From the NCBI GenBank assembly GCA_902796855.1, contig CADBQN010000036.1, positions 4,878 to 68,877 on the forward strand: a stretch of DNA of 64,000 nucleotides, read 5' to 3'. Below are positions 9,395 through 18,710 of this stretch, one piece after another. Position numbers and translations under genes: made by a program. Under the pieces are notes generated by a model. The model was not told the DNA's origin. It saw only the letters and a program-made list of their open reading frames with translations, and ran no database searches. The stretch is from an uncultured Bacillota bacterium (lineage in GTDB: Bacteria > Bacillota > Dehalobacteriia > UBA7702). Numbering within the stretch: position 1 is the first letter of the stretch; each line of letters starts with the position of its first letter.

Positions 9395-10096
9395 ATGCCG
9401 ATTGTGGAATTTCAAAACGTCAGCCGCGTCTATACCGGCGGCGAACATACGCTCCGGGCGCTGGACCGGGTGAACCTGACACTGGACAGCGGAAAATTCA
9501 TCGTGATCCTCGGCCCCAGCGGCGCGGGGAAGAGCACGCTTTTAAACCTTCTCGGCGGGCTGGACAGCCCCAGTGAGGGGAAGATCATCGTCGAGGGCCG
9601 GGATATCTCCACGCTCTCCGGCGACGAGCTGGCAGAGTACCGCGCCGCCGCGGTGGGCTTTGTCTTTCAGTTCTATAACCTGATCCCCACGCTGACCGTC
9701 GCCGAAAACGTCGCTCTCGTCCGGGAGATCGTCCCCGACGCTCTCCCCGTCGATGAGATCCTCGGCGAAGTCGGCCTTTTCGATCATCGGAACCAGTTCC
9801 CCGCGGAGCTCTCCGGCGGGGAGCAGCAGCGCGTTTCCATCGCCCGGGCCCTGGCGAAGAACCCGAAGATCCTTCTGTGCGACGAGCCCACCGGCGCCCT
9901 CGATTCCGAGACCGGCGCCGTCGTTTTAAAACTGCTTCTCTCCATGGCCAAACGTCACGGCAAGACCATCGTCATCGTGACCCACAATCAGGCCATCGCC
10001 AAAATGGCCGACGTGGTGATCCGCGTGAAGAGCGGGAAGATCGTTTCCCGGGAGGAACAGGCGGAGCCCCTCGGCGTTGACGAAGTGGAGTGGTGA
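9395..10096 (+). CDS. ABC transporter ATP-binding protein (MacB/LolD-type, partner of an FtsX permease)
   Basis: Walker [19 protein letters not shown]; ABC signature [15 protein letters not shown]; Walker [13 protein letters not shown]. Confidence 0.9.
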   Translation: MPIVEFQNVSRVYTGGEHTLRALDRVNLTLDSGKFIVILGPSGAGKSTLLNLLGGLDSPSEGKIIVEGRDISTLSGDELAEYRAAAVGFVFQFYNLIPTLTVAENVALVREIVPDALPVDEILGEVGLFDHRNQFPAELSGGEQQRVSIARALAKNPKILLCDEPTGALDSETGAVVLKLLLSMAKRHGKTIVIVTHNQAIAKMADVVIRVKSGKIVSREEQAEPLGVDEVEW

Positions 10097-10097
10097 T

Positions 10098-12377
10098 ATG
10101 CTGAGAAAAAAACTTTGGCGGACGTTCCTGCTGTACAAAGCCCAGTTCCTTTCGATGATTCTGATGATCGCCATCGGCATCGGCATCTTTGTCGGCTTTA
10201 ACATGGAGTGGGTCAGCATCGAGGAAAACACCGGCTCCTTCTTTGAGGAAACCGGTTTCGCCGATTACCGCCTCATTTCCGAAGAAGGTTTCTCCGGGGA
10301 AGAACAGGAGAAGATCCGCGATTCCGCCGGCATTGACGCTGCCGCCCGTTACGCCGTGTTTGATGTGGACGTGGCGGGTTTCGGCGACGACGCTCTGTCC
10401 CTCTCCGTGACCGAGGACGCGTCGGTCTCCGGTTTTCTCGTCCTCGCGGGCGAGGCTTATGATGACGAAAGCGACGACGGCATCTGGCTTTCCGACCGTT
10501 ACGCCGCCGCCAATGATATCGCCGTCGGCGACACGCTGACTTTGGACTATCAGCGGCTGCGTTTCAGCGGTGAGGTAAAAGGCCTCGTCAAAGCCGGGGA
10601 ACACCTCATCTGCGTCCGTGACGAAACACAGCTGATGCCGGATTACGATACCTTCGGTTTTGCCTATATTTCCCCCGCTTTTTATGAGCGCGCCGCCGGC
10701 GTTCCCTTTTATCCGCAGATCCACATACGTTCGGCGCTGACGAAAAATCAGATCACCGATCTCGCCGACGATGTCCTGGGCCGGACGGTGATGGTGCTGA
10801 CCAAAGACGAGGTGCTGTCCTATGCCGAAGCCAAAGGGGAAGCCAAGGAAGGGAAGGCCATGGGCTCCATTCTGCCGGTGCTGTTCCTGCTCATCGCCGT
10901 GCTGACGATGGTGACGACGATGCACCGCCTGACCGCCAAGGAAAAGCCGCAGATCGGCACCATGAAAGCGCTGGGGCTGAAGGACCGGCGGATCACGCGC
11001 CACTATACCTCCTACGCCTTTTTGATCGGCCTTTTGGGCGTCGGCGCCGGTCTCGGCCTCGGCTATTATATCGCCTGGTATATCATGCACCCCGAAGGGT
11101 CGATGGGCACGTATCTCGATATGCCCGACTGGACGCTGCGTCTGCCCCTGTTCTGTGTCGTGATCCTCGCCGCGGCGGAGATCGCCCTCACCCTCATCGG
11201 CTACGGCTCGGTCCGGCGCATGCTGGCCGGGAACGCCGCCGACGCCCTGCGTCCCTACGCTCCCAAAAAAATGAAGCCCCTCCGGGCGGAAAAAACAAAA
11301 CTCTGGCGGCGGCTGGGCTTTGGCGCCCGCTGGAACCTGCGGGACGTCTCCCGGCATAAATCCCGGACGCTGATGAGCCTTTTCGGCGTCGTCGGCTGTA
11401 CGATGATCATCATCGCCGCCCTGGGCATGAGCGACACCATGGACGCGTTTCTCGATCTCTATTACGACAAGGCCACGCTGTACGATACCAGGATCAACCT
11501 CGCCGACGATGCCGACGGCGCTGCGTCTGAGGCCATTGCCGGCTCTTACGGCGGCGACACCTCCGCCGCGGTCAGCGCGCGGCTGGAGGATAAGGCCGTG
11601 TCGCTGGAAATCTACGACACGCCCGGAAACCTCGTGCGCTTTCCCGATGAGGACGATCATTTCCAACCCCTCGGCGACGACGGCGCCTACGTCTGTCTGC
11701 GCCTCAGCCGCGCTTTTGACCTGTCGCCCGGAGATACCTTTACCCTGCGGCCCTACGGCGGCGACGATGTCTATACGCTGAAAGTGGCGGGGCTGATCCG
11801 CTCCGTTTCGGAAAACATCGTGATCACTCCGGCTTACGCCGAGAAACTGGGCCTTTCCTACGACATCCATTCGGTCTATACCGCCTTGGCGAAGGAGGAA
11901 ATCAGGGATGACAGCGCCATCGCCTCGGTCCAGTCGAAACAGACCATCATCGATTCTTTCGATACCTTCATCGACATCATGAACGTCATGGTGTACATTC
12001 TCATCGCCGCCGCCGTCGTTTTAGGCGTCGTGGTGCTCTACAACCTCGGCGTGATGAGCTATACGGAGCGATACCGCGAAATGGCGACTTTAAAGGTCGT
12101 TGGCTTTAAAGACAAAAAGATCGGACGTCTGCTCATCGGTCAGAATATGTGGATCTCTTTCCTCGGTTTGGTTTTGGGCATTCCGCTGGGCGTTTATGTG
12201 CTTGGCGTCCTGCTGGATGCCCTGGCCGGTGAGTACGAAATGAAGCTTGCCGTCACGGCGCAGACATGTTTCCTCACCGCCGGGCTGATCGTGGGCATGA
12301 GCCTGCTCGTCTCCGTTTTGGTGGCGCGGAAGAACAGGAAGATCGACATGGTGGAAGCGCTGAAAGCCGGGGAGTAA
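10098..12377 (+). CDS. ABC transporter permease, FtsX family (two FtsX/MacB-type halves, ~760 aa)
   Basis: The start overlaps the ATPase stop. Large extracytoplasmic domains alternate with TM bundles. The layout is typical of FtsX-fold permeases paired with a MacB-type ATPase. Confidence 0.8.
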   Translation: MLRKKLWRTFLLYKAQFLSMILMIAIGIGIFVGFNMEWVSIEENTGSFFEETGFADYRLISEEGFSGEEQEKIRDSAGIDAAARYAVFDVDVAGFGDDALSLSVTEDASVSGFLVLAGEAYDDESDDGIWLSDRYAAANDIAVGDTLTLDYQRLRFSGEVKGLVKAGEHLICVRDETQLMPDYDTFGFAYISPAFYERAAGVPFYPQIHIRSALTKNQITDLADDVLGRTVMVLTKDEVLSYAEAKGEAKEGKAMGSILPVLFLLIAVLTMVTTMHRLTAKEKPQIGTMKALGLKDRRITRHYTSYAFLIGLLGVGAGLGLGYYIAWYIMHPEGSMGTYLDMPDWTLRLPLFCVVILAAAEIALTLIGYGSVRRMLAGNAADALRPYAPKKMKPLRAEKTKLWRRLGFGARWNLRDVSRHKSRTLMSLFGVVGCTMIIIAALGMSDTMDAFLDLYYDKATLYDTRINLADDADGAASEAIAGSYGGDTSAAVSARLEDKAVSLEIYDTPGNLVRFPDEDDHFQPLGDDGAYVCLRLSRAFDLSPGDTFTLRPYGGDDVYTLKVAGLIRSVSENIVITPAYAEKLGLSYDIHSVYTALAKEEIRDDSAIASVQSKQTIIDSFDTFIDIMNVMVYILIAAAVVLGVVVLYNLGVMSYTERYREMATLKVVGFKDKKIGRLLIGQNMWISFLGLVLGIPLGVYVLGVLLDALAGEYEMKLAVTAQTCFLTAGLIVGMSLLVSVLVARKNRKIDMVEALKAGE

Positions 12378-12418
12378 AAAAGCTCGTTTTTCCGGTACCC
12401 TCCTTATCCGGAATAAAA

Positions 12419-12462
12419 AAAGGGCCTTCGGGAGTGTTTTCCCGAAGGCCTTTTTGCGGACG
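12419..12462. terminator. Bidirectional rho-independent terminator between convergent genes
   Basis: aaaaaaagggccttcgggagtgttttcccgaaggcctttttg - the stem is flanked by an A-run and a T-run. Confidence 0.6.
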
Positions 12463-12491
12463 AACTGTTTTTTGAGCCGCGTTCCGCCGGC

Positions 12492-13145
12492 TCACATCGT
12501 CAGCAGCAGGGGCACGGCGGCGATGGCGTTGAGGAAGAAATGCCCCATCATGGAGACGAAAATGTTGTCGGTCTTGGCGTAGAGATAGGCGAGGAAGCCG
12601 CCGAGGAGGCTGTATTCGATGATGTAGAGGAACTGCAGCGGATCCTGACCGGGGTGCATCATGTGGATGGCGCCGAAAATCACCGCGGAAACGACGATGA
12701 AAAGGGCTTCGTCGGCGATGACACGGCGGAGAAAGCCCCGGTAGAGGATCTCTTCCATCACCGGCGCGTAAACAAGGGCCAACAGCAGCAGCATCCATTT
12801 GGGAAAGGCCGTCAGCGCCGCCTGGTTCGCCGAGGTCTCGCCGACGATGACGGCGATGGTCACGGCGGCGGCGAAATAGATCAGCAGGAACAGGAAGAAC
12901 TTCGGGAAGAAAAAGCGGCAGTATGACGTGAAGTGGTCGAGAAAGACCGGCAGATCGCGGCGGAGCTCCCGGAAGAAGAGGGCGGCGGCTGTCAGGGAAA
13001 AAACGGCCACCAGCGCGTAAGCCGCCGGCCGCGGCAGCGACGCGGCGCCGGGGATCAGGTTTTGCAGGGAATAGAGGGCCAGCATGACAACGCCGGCGAC
13101 GTTGAGGACGGTATTTTTGCGGAGGGGTTCCGATGACGGCAGCAT
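12492..13145 (-). CDS. CPBP-family (CAAX) intramembrane metalloprotease
   Basis: Motifs EEILYRGFL ... FGAIHM ... FFLNAIAA in a 6-TM, 217-aa protein. Confidence 0.85.
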   Translation of the reverse strand: MLPSSEPLRKNTVLNVAGVVMLALYSLQNLIPGAASLPRPAAYALVAVFSLTAAALFFRELRRDLPVFLDHFTSYCRFFFPKFFLFLLIYFAAAVTIAVIVGETSANQAALTAFPKWMLLLLALVYAPVMEEILYRGFLRRVIADEALFIVVSAVIFGAIHMMHPGQDPLQFLYIIEYSLLGGFLAYLYAKTDNIFVSMMGHFFLNAIAAVPLLLTM

Positions 13146-13206
13146 AAAAGCCTCCTTTTGACGGTACTGTACTTATATGATACCAGAAAGGGCGTTTTTC
13201 GTCAAA

Positions 13207-13245
13207 AAAAGACCGCCGGGAACGGAAATTCCCGGCGGCCCTTCG
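13207..13245 (-). terminator. Terminator downstream of hsp20 (minus strand)
   Basis: Hairpin gccgggaa/ttcccggc with a U-run on the minus strand (plus strand: aaaaaaagaccgccgggaacggaaattcccggcggc). Confidence 0.5.
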
Positions 13246-13246
13246 C

Positions 13247-13717
13247 TCACTCCACATCCAATTTTTTGGCGTTGGGATGAGGCAGGCTCTTTTTCGGCAG
13301 GCGGACGGTGAGGACGCCGTTGTCGTAAAGGGCCTTGATGCCTTCGGTGTCGATGCCGCTGACGTCAAAGCTCCTGCCGTAGGCGCCGTGGACGCGCTCC
13401 CTGCGCAGGTATTTGCCGCTTTGGCCCCGTTCTTCCCGCTCGGCGTGGCGCTCGGCGCGGATGGAGAGGCGGTCGCCGTAGAGGTTGACGTCGATATCGT
13501 CTTTGCGGAAGCCGGGGAGATCGGTCTCGACGAGATATGCGTCGCCCTCGTCGCGGATGTCGGTCTGAAAGGCCTCGATGCCGCTGTTGTAGAAGCCAAA
13601 GGGGTTGATGAAATAGTTGCGCTCAAAGAGACTGCCGTCGTGGAACGGGTCGCAGCAGGAAAAAGCGTCGCTGTTTTCGCTGTTCCTCGCCGCGAAGAAG
13701 TTTTCGTTGTTGCTCAT
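13247..13717 (-). CDS. Hsp20/alpha-crystallin family small heat-shock protein
   Basis: The alpha-crystallin domain is visible in the sequence: GDAYLVETDLPGFRKDDIDVNLYGDRLSIRAERH...GAYGRSFDVSGIDTEGIKALYDNGVLTVRLPK. Confidence 0.9.
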   Translation of the reverse strand: MSNNENFFAARNSENSDAFSCCDPFHDGSLFERNYFINPFGFYNSGIEAFQTDIRDEGDAYLVETDLPGFRKDDIDVNLYGDRLSIRAERHAEREERGQSGKYLRRERVHGAYGRSFDVSGIDTEGIKALYDNGVLTVRLPKKSLPHPNAKKLDVE

Positions 13718-13725
13718 CGTAAAAA

Positions 13726-13770
13726 ACCTCCGTTTTTTTCTTAGTGTAAACGGAGGGCTTTTTTTTATGC
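13726..13770 (-). terminator. Terminator after the EamA gene (also functional on the plus strand)
   Basis: cctccgttt...aaacggagg stem flanked by A- and T-runs. Confidence 0.5.
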
Positions 13771-13786
13771 GTTTGTTTCGCGCCGT

Positions 13787-14650
13787 TCAGCAAAGGAGGA
13801 TGCCGAGAAGGATCAGCGCCGCGCCGAGGAGCTCTTTGGCGGTCATGATCTCGCCGAAAAAGAAAAAGGCCAGCACGGCGCAGAAGACCGGTTCCAGACT
13901 GTAGATGATGCCAATGCGCTCCGGCGCGACGCGCTTTTGGGCGCGGGTCTGAGCGAAAAAGCCGTAGGCGCTGGAAATCAGCGCCAGGCCGAGAATGGCG
14001 AGCCATCCCTTAAGAGGGAGGCGAAAGGTCGTTTCCTCCGCGGCAAAGGAGAATAAACCGCAGTACAGCGCCGCGAAGGCCATCTGCCAGACGATCAGCG
14101 GCAGTTCGCGGCAGCGTTTCAGCGCCGAGTCGCTGACGATGATGTGAAAGGCGTAGGCCGCGGCGCCGCCGAGGCAGAAGAGCGCCCCGGGCCGAAAGGA
14201 GAAGCCGCCGCCGAGGGTGAGCAGCGCCACGCCGCCGAGGGCAAAAATGACGCCGAGGACGATCCTCTTTTCCGGCGGGCGGCGGTCGCGGAGGGCCCGC
14301 AGGATCGGGACGATGGCTACGGTGGTGCCGGCGAGGAACCCCGCGGTGGATGCGTCGGTCACGAGCAGGCCGCGGCCGTAGCCGAAGGTGAGCAGAAAAA
14401 TGAAAAAGCCGAGGAGCGCGCCGTAACGCAGCTCCGTCGGCCCGGGCCGGGCTTTTCCCCGGAACAGCAGCAGCAGAGCGGGGAAGGCGATGACCGACCG
14501 CAAAAACCCCATTTCCAGCGGCGGTACGGAAACGAGGCTGATCTTCATGAAAATATAGGAAAAACCCCAGGCCAGCGTCGCGCTGACCATCAGCAGGTCC
14601 CCGCCGGGGGAAAGGGAACGATGCTTCATGCCGTCACCTCTCTTTTTCAT
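13787..14650 (-). CDS. EamA-family (DMT superfamily) transporter
   Basis: A 10-TM protein with two EamA halves. ATGA start/stop overlap with the upstream dehydrogenase suggests co-transcription. Confidence 0.8.
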   Translation of the reverse strand: MKKRGDGMKHRSLSPGGDLLMVSATLAWGFSYIFMKISLVSVPPLEMGFLRSVIAFPALLLLFRGKARPGPTELRYGALLGFFIFLLTFGYGRGLLVTDASTAGFLAGTTVAIVPILRALRDRRPPEKRIVLGVIFALGGVALLTLGGGFSFRPGALFCLGGAAAYAFHIIVSDSALKRCRELPLIVWQMAFAALYCGLFSFAAEETTFRLPLKGWLAILGLALISSAYGFFAQTRAQKRVAPERIGIIYSLEPVFCAVLAFFFFGEIMTAKELLGAALILLGILLC

Positions 14651-15576
14651 TCGCCTCCGAGAAAAGCGGCGATGTTTTGGAACGTCATCGTCAGCCGCGT
14701 CTCAAAGGCCTCCTTTGTGGCGAAACCGATGTGGGGCGTGGCGACGATCTTCCCGGCGCGCAGCAGCGGGTGGTTCGCGTCGATGGGCGGCTCCGTCTCA
14801 AAGACGTCGACGGCGGCGCCGGCCAGTCTGCCGCTTTCCACGGCGTCGGCCAGGGCGGCGCTGTCCACGATGGCGCCGCGGGCGGTGTTGATCAAAATCG
14901 CGCCCTCCTTCATCAGGGCGAGCTTTTCCCCGTCGATGAGGCCGCGGCTCTCGTCGGTCAGGGGCAGATGCAGGGAGACGATGTCGCAGACGGCGAGGAG
15001 CTCTTCCAGGGTGACGAAGGTCACGCCGTCATCGCCGCCGGGATGGCGGGTGGCGGCGTATACTTTGCAGCCGTAGGCTTTGGCCAGGGCCGCCGCGCGT
15101 TTGCCGATGTGGCCGTAACCGACGACGCCGAAGTGCTTGCCGCCGATTTCCGTGCCGACAAAGGCGCCTCTCGTGCCGCCGCGGCGGACGGCGCCGTCCA
15201 TCGGGATGATCTGCCGCTTTACGGCGGTGATCAGACCGAAGACGAGTTCGGCGACGGCGGCGGCGGAATAGCCGGGGCAGTTCCTCACGGCGACGCCGGC
15301 TTCCGCCGCGGCGGTACGGTCGATGTGATCGGTGCCGGCGAAGGCCGCGGCGACGAGGCGGAGCTTGCCGCAGGCGGCGAAAAAGCCGCGGTCCAGCCGA
15401 TGGTTGACCTCCACGACGATGTCGGCGTCGCGGCAGCGGCCGAGCCATTCTTCCTCATCGGCGGGGGGCGTCTCCGCGATGACCAGTTCGATGTCCTTTC
15501 CGGGGAGGTACGCGTTCTTTGTTTCGATGATCCGTTCCCTTTCGATGCCCAGCGGTTCGGCGATGACGATTTTCAT
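14647..15576 (-). CDS. D-isomer-specific 2-hydroxyacid dehydrogenase (NAD-binding; glycerate/hydroxypyruvate/phosphoglycerate dehydrogenase-like)
   Basis: GVVGYGHIGKRAAALAKAYGCKV (Rossmann) ... catalytic segment LINTARGAIVDSAALADAVESGRLAGAAVDVFETEPP. Confidence 0.9.
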   Translation of the reverse strand: MKIVIAEPLGIERERIIETKNAYLPGKDIELVIAETPPADEEEWLGRCRDADIVVEVNHRLDRGFFAACGKLRLVAAAFAGTDHIDRTAAAEAGVAVRNCPGYSAAAVAELVFGLITAVKRQIIPMDGAVRRGGTRGAFVGTEIGGKHFGVVGYGHIGKRAAALAKAYGCKVYAATRHPGGDDGVTFVTLEELLAVCDIVSLHLPLTDESRGLIDGEKLALMKEGAILINTARGAIVDSAALADAVESGRLAGAAVDVFETEPPIDANHPLLRAGKIVATPHIGFATKEAFETRLTMTFQNIAAFLGGE

Positions 15577-15658
15577 GGCTTTTTTCCTCCTTTTTGCCGC
15601 GGCTTTTCGGCCCTTTTCTTTATTTTATCATAAAGGACGCTGCGTCAAAAGGCAACGC

Positions 15659-17161
15659 TTAAATTTTGTCGGGGTTCTCCGCTTTCAGCGCCTTGAGAAG
15701 GGCGGCGGCGATGAAGAGGCAGAGGATCAGCAGCGGCAGGGCGATGGCGATGGAGACCGACTGCACGGCGGTGAGGCCGCCGATGTAGAGGAGCAGCGCG
15801 GCGACAAAGCCCTCGAAGATCCCCCAAAAGACCTTCAGCCGTTTCGGCGGGTTCTGGCTGCCGCCCGCCGTCATCGAGGCGCAGACAAAGGTCGACGCGT
15901 CGGCGGAGGTGATGAAGAACACCGTCAGCAGGACGATGGCGACGAGGGACGTCACCGCCGTCAGGGGAAACTGGGCCAGGAGGGCAAAGAGCGTATAGGA
16001 GATGTTTTCGCTCAGGGCGTCGGCGATGGCGGTGACGCCGTGGAGGTTGAACCAGATGGCGTTGCCGCCCATGATGGCCATGAAGACGCAGCAGAGAAAC
16101 ATCGGGCAGAGCATCGTGCCGAGGACGAATTCGCGGATGGTGCGCCCCTTGGAGATCCGGGCGATGAAGCCGCCGACGAAAGGCCCCCAGCTCATCCACC
16201 AGGCCCAGTAAAAGACCGTCCATCCCGAAAGCCAGCCGTCGCTCTCCCGGAAGGGATCCGTCCAGAAGCTGGTGGCGATCAGCGAGGAGAAGTATTTCCC
16301 CATGGTGTCGATGAAGAAATCGGCGACAAAGAGCGTGGCCCCGGCGAAAAAGACAAAGAGCAGCAGCAGCGCCATGAGCACCATGTTGAGATCGCTGAGG
16401 CGCTTCATGCCCCGGTCGATGCCGATGCTGGAAGAGGTGATGAACAGCGCCGTGGCGACGGTGATGATGCCGAACATGATCGGGTTGCTGTAAGGGATGC
16501 CGAAGACATAGTGAAGACCGCTGTTGATCTGCATCGTGCCGAGCCCCAAAGACGTGGCGACGCCGAAGACCGTGGCGACGACGGCGAGGATATCGACGGT
16601 TTTGCCGATGGCGCCCCGGGCGCCTTTTTCGCCGATGAGCGGCTCCACGCAGGAGCTGAGCAGCGCCGGGCGGTCTTTGCGGAATTGGTAATAGGCCAGG
16701 GGCAGGCCGAAAATGCCGTAGATGGCCCAGGGGTGGATGCCCCAGTGGGTGAAGGACGCTTCCATCGCCGCCGACGCCGCTTCCGTGGTGCGGGGCTCCG
16801 TCAGCGCCGGGGAAATGAAGTGGCTCAGCGGTTCGGCGGCGCTCCAAAAGACGAGGCCGATGCCCATCCCCGCGGCAAAGAGCATGAAGAACCAGCTGAA
16901 GGTGGAGTACTGCGGTCGTTCATCGTCTTTGCCCAGACGGACGGAACCGTATCTGCCCAGGGCCAGAAAGAGCAGAAAGAGAATGAACCCCGCGACGGTG
17001 AGCAGATAGAACCAGCCCAATTTGTCGGAAAAGGCCGCGAGGATGGCGGAGAACAGCGATTCCACCATCTTCGGCGCCGCCACCGTCCAGAGAATGAAAA
17101 GGAGACAGACGCCCCCGCCTATAAAGAAGATCGGTTTGTCGATGGTTTTCCATGTTTTCAT
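15659..17161 (-). CDS. BCCT-family transporter (betaine/carnitine/choline)
   Basis: BCCT Trp-rich signature WTVFYWAWWMSWGPFVGGFIARISKGRTIREF in a 12-TM, 500-aa protein. Confidence 0.9.
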   Translation of the reverse strand: MKTWKTIDKPIFFIGGGVCLLFILWTVAAPKMVESLFSAILAAFSDKLGWFYLLTVAGFILFLLFLALGRYGSVRLGKDDERPQYSTFSWFFMLFAAGMGIGLVFWSAAEPLSHFISPALTEPRTTEAASAAMEASFTHWGIHPWAIYGIFGLPLAYYQFRKDRPALLSSCVEPLIGEKGARGAIGKTVDILAVVATVFGVATSLGLGTMQINSGLHYVFGIPYSNPIMFGIITVATALFITSSSIGIDRGMKRLSDLNMVLMALLLLFVFFAGATLFVADFFIDTMGKYFSSLIATSFWTDPFRESDGWLSGWTVFYWAWWMSWGPFVGGFIARISKGRTIREFVLGTMLCPMFLCCVFMAIMGGNAIWFNLHGVTAIADALSENISYTLFALLAQFPLTAVTSLVAIVLLTVFFITSADASTFVCASMTAGGSQNPPKRLKVFWGIFEGFVAALLLYIGGLTAVQSVSIAIALPLLILCLFIAAALLKALKAENPDKI

Positions 17162-17221
17162 GGTTTTTCGCCTCCTTTAGGCACAGGCACCGGAAAAACC
17201 GGCGCCCGCGCTGTTTTTGTA

Positions 17222-18487
17222 TTAAGCGGTCTCTTCCTCAAGCTCTTCCCGCGGCAGCGATTTGGTGCGGCGGATCAGGAGGACGGAACCGATGGTGCCG
17301 ACGACGGCAAAGAGGATCAGCATGATGAAGATCTTATCGAACCCGGCGGCGATGTTGCCGGCGGCTTCGGCGTTGTTCAGCCAGGTGCCGATGATCGTCG
17401 GCAGAACGGCGTCGGGCAGGAAGATGATGAAGGAGATCACGCCGGTGGCCAGAGCGGTCATCCGCGCCGGGATCCCGGCCTGCCCCATCAGGCTCCAGTA
17501 GGTGGATTTCATGATGTTGGCGACAAAGGCCACGAAGAGGGTGATGAAGATGCAGACGGCCAGGGCCTTGCTGCTGAGCATCACCAGGGCGAAGCAGACG
17601 GCGCTGAGCCCGAAGAGGATGATAAAGGCCTTCCCTTTATAGGTAAAGCGGTCTAAGAGCCAGCCGCCGAAGAACCCGGCGACAAAGACGATGACGTAGC
17701 TGCGGATCATGCCCAAAAGCGACGCGGTGTTTTCCGAGAGCCCCGCCACGCGCACGGTGTAGGTGGTGAGGTAGCCGTTCCCAAAGGACCAGCAGGAATA
17801 GGCGGAGATCAGGATCAGGATGATGATCCAGACGCCGGGGTTTTTGAGGACTTCGCCGATGGTGACTTTTTCTTTTGTTTCCGCGGCGGCGGTTTCGGCG
17901 TTTTCCTTTTTGGGCAGGAAGATAAAGCCGAGGACGAGGAAAACGCCGGTGACGACGGTGCCGACGAGGAGCATGGTCTTAAAGCCCAGCATCGGCGTGG
18001 CGGCGGTGCCCATGATGGCGAGGAAGGCGAAGCCGATGAGGGTCTGGATGATGCCCCGGGTGGCTTCGCTGAAGCCGAAGAGCTTGCTCTGGACGTTCTC
18101 GTCGCCGAGGCCGCGGATGCCGACGAGGTAGGCCGACCAGAGGGTGGCGATGCCGAAGAATCCGTAGAGCACGTGAATGGCGATGAGCAGGATGTAGTTG
18201 GTGGTGAAGGCAAAGGCCGCGGTGAGGATGACAAAGGCGGCCAGGGTCAGATTGATCAGCGAGCGCATCGGGAATTTGTTGGCCAAAAAGCCGCCGATGG
18301 GATAGCTGATGGTGCTGGCAATGGAGACCGCCGAGGCCAGAACGCCCATCTGCACGTCGTTGAGCTGGAGCGCGGCCATCATCTGATCGTAAAAGGTGTA
18401 GCGCAGATAGGGCAGCTGATAGGCGATGGCGACGGTGGCGCTGAGGATGATGAAGATCATCAGTTTTCGGAAGCCGAAGTTTTTCAT
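17222..18487 (-). CDS. MFS transporter
   Basis: 421 aa with a 12-TM pattern in a 6+6 layout and a central loop. The match is generic MFS-like. Confidence 0.75.
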   Translation of the reverse strand: MKNFGFRKLMIFIILSATVAIAYQLPYLRYTFYDQMMAALQLNDVQMGVLASAVSIASTISYPIGGFLANKFPMRSLINLTLAAFVILTAAFAFTTNYILLIAIHVLYGFFGIATLWSAYLVGIRGLGDENVQSKLFGFSEATRGIIQTLIGFAFLAIMGTAATPMLGFKTMLLVGTVVTGVFLVLGFIFLPKKENAETAAAETKEKVTIGEVLKNPGVWIIILILISAYSCWSFGNGYLTTYTVRVAGLSENTASLLGMIRSYVIVFVAGFFGGWLLDRFTYKGKAFIILFGLSAVCFALVMLSSKALAVCIFITLFVAFVANIMKSTYWSLMGQAGIPARMTALATGVISFIIFLPDAVLPTIIGTWLNNAEAAGNIAAGFDKIFIMLILFAVVGTIGSVLLIRRTKSLPREELEEETA

Positions 18488-18710
18488 GATATGTTCCTTT
18501 CTGATTTAAAAAAGGGACGGGGGAATGAGTGCGGTGTAAAAAAATCGGATTTTCTCCGTCTGCGGAGGGCGTCACGCGTGCTGAGGAAATCCGAAGATAG
18601 ATGATGATAAAGAGAATGGAGGGAGGGAAAGAGCCCTTGGCCGGCTCTTTCCCGTGTTCAGGCCGGTTGTGCCTGTATGTATTTTGGAGCGTAAGGGATT
18701 TTTTTCGGGG

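Noticed and set aside
13247-13786. A CIRCE/HrcA operator upstream of hsp20.
   Set aside because: No TTAGCACTC-N9-GAGTGCTAA-like inverted repeat is present in the short upstream region. Only a terminator hairpin is seen.
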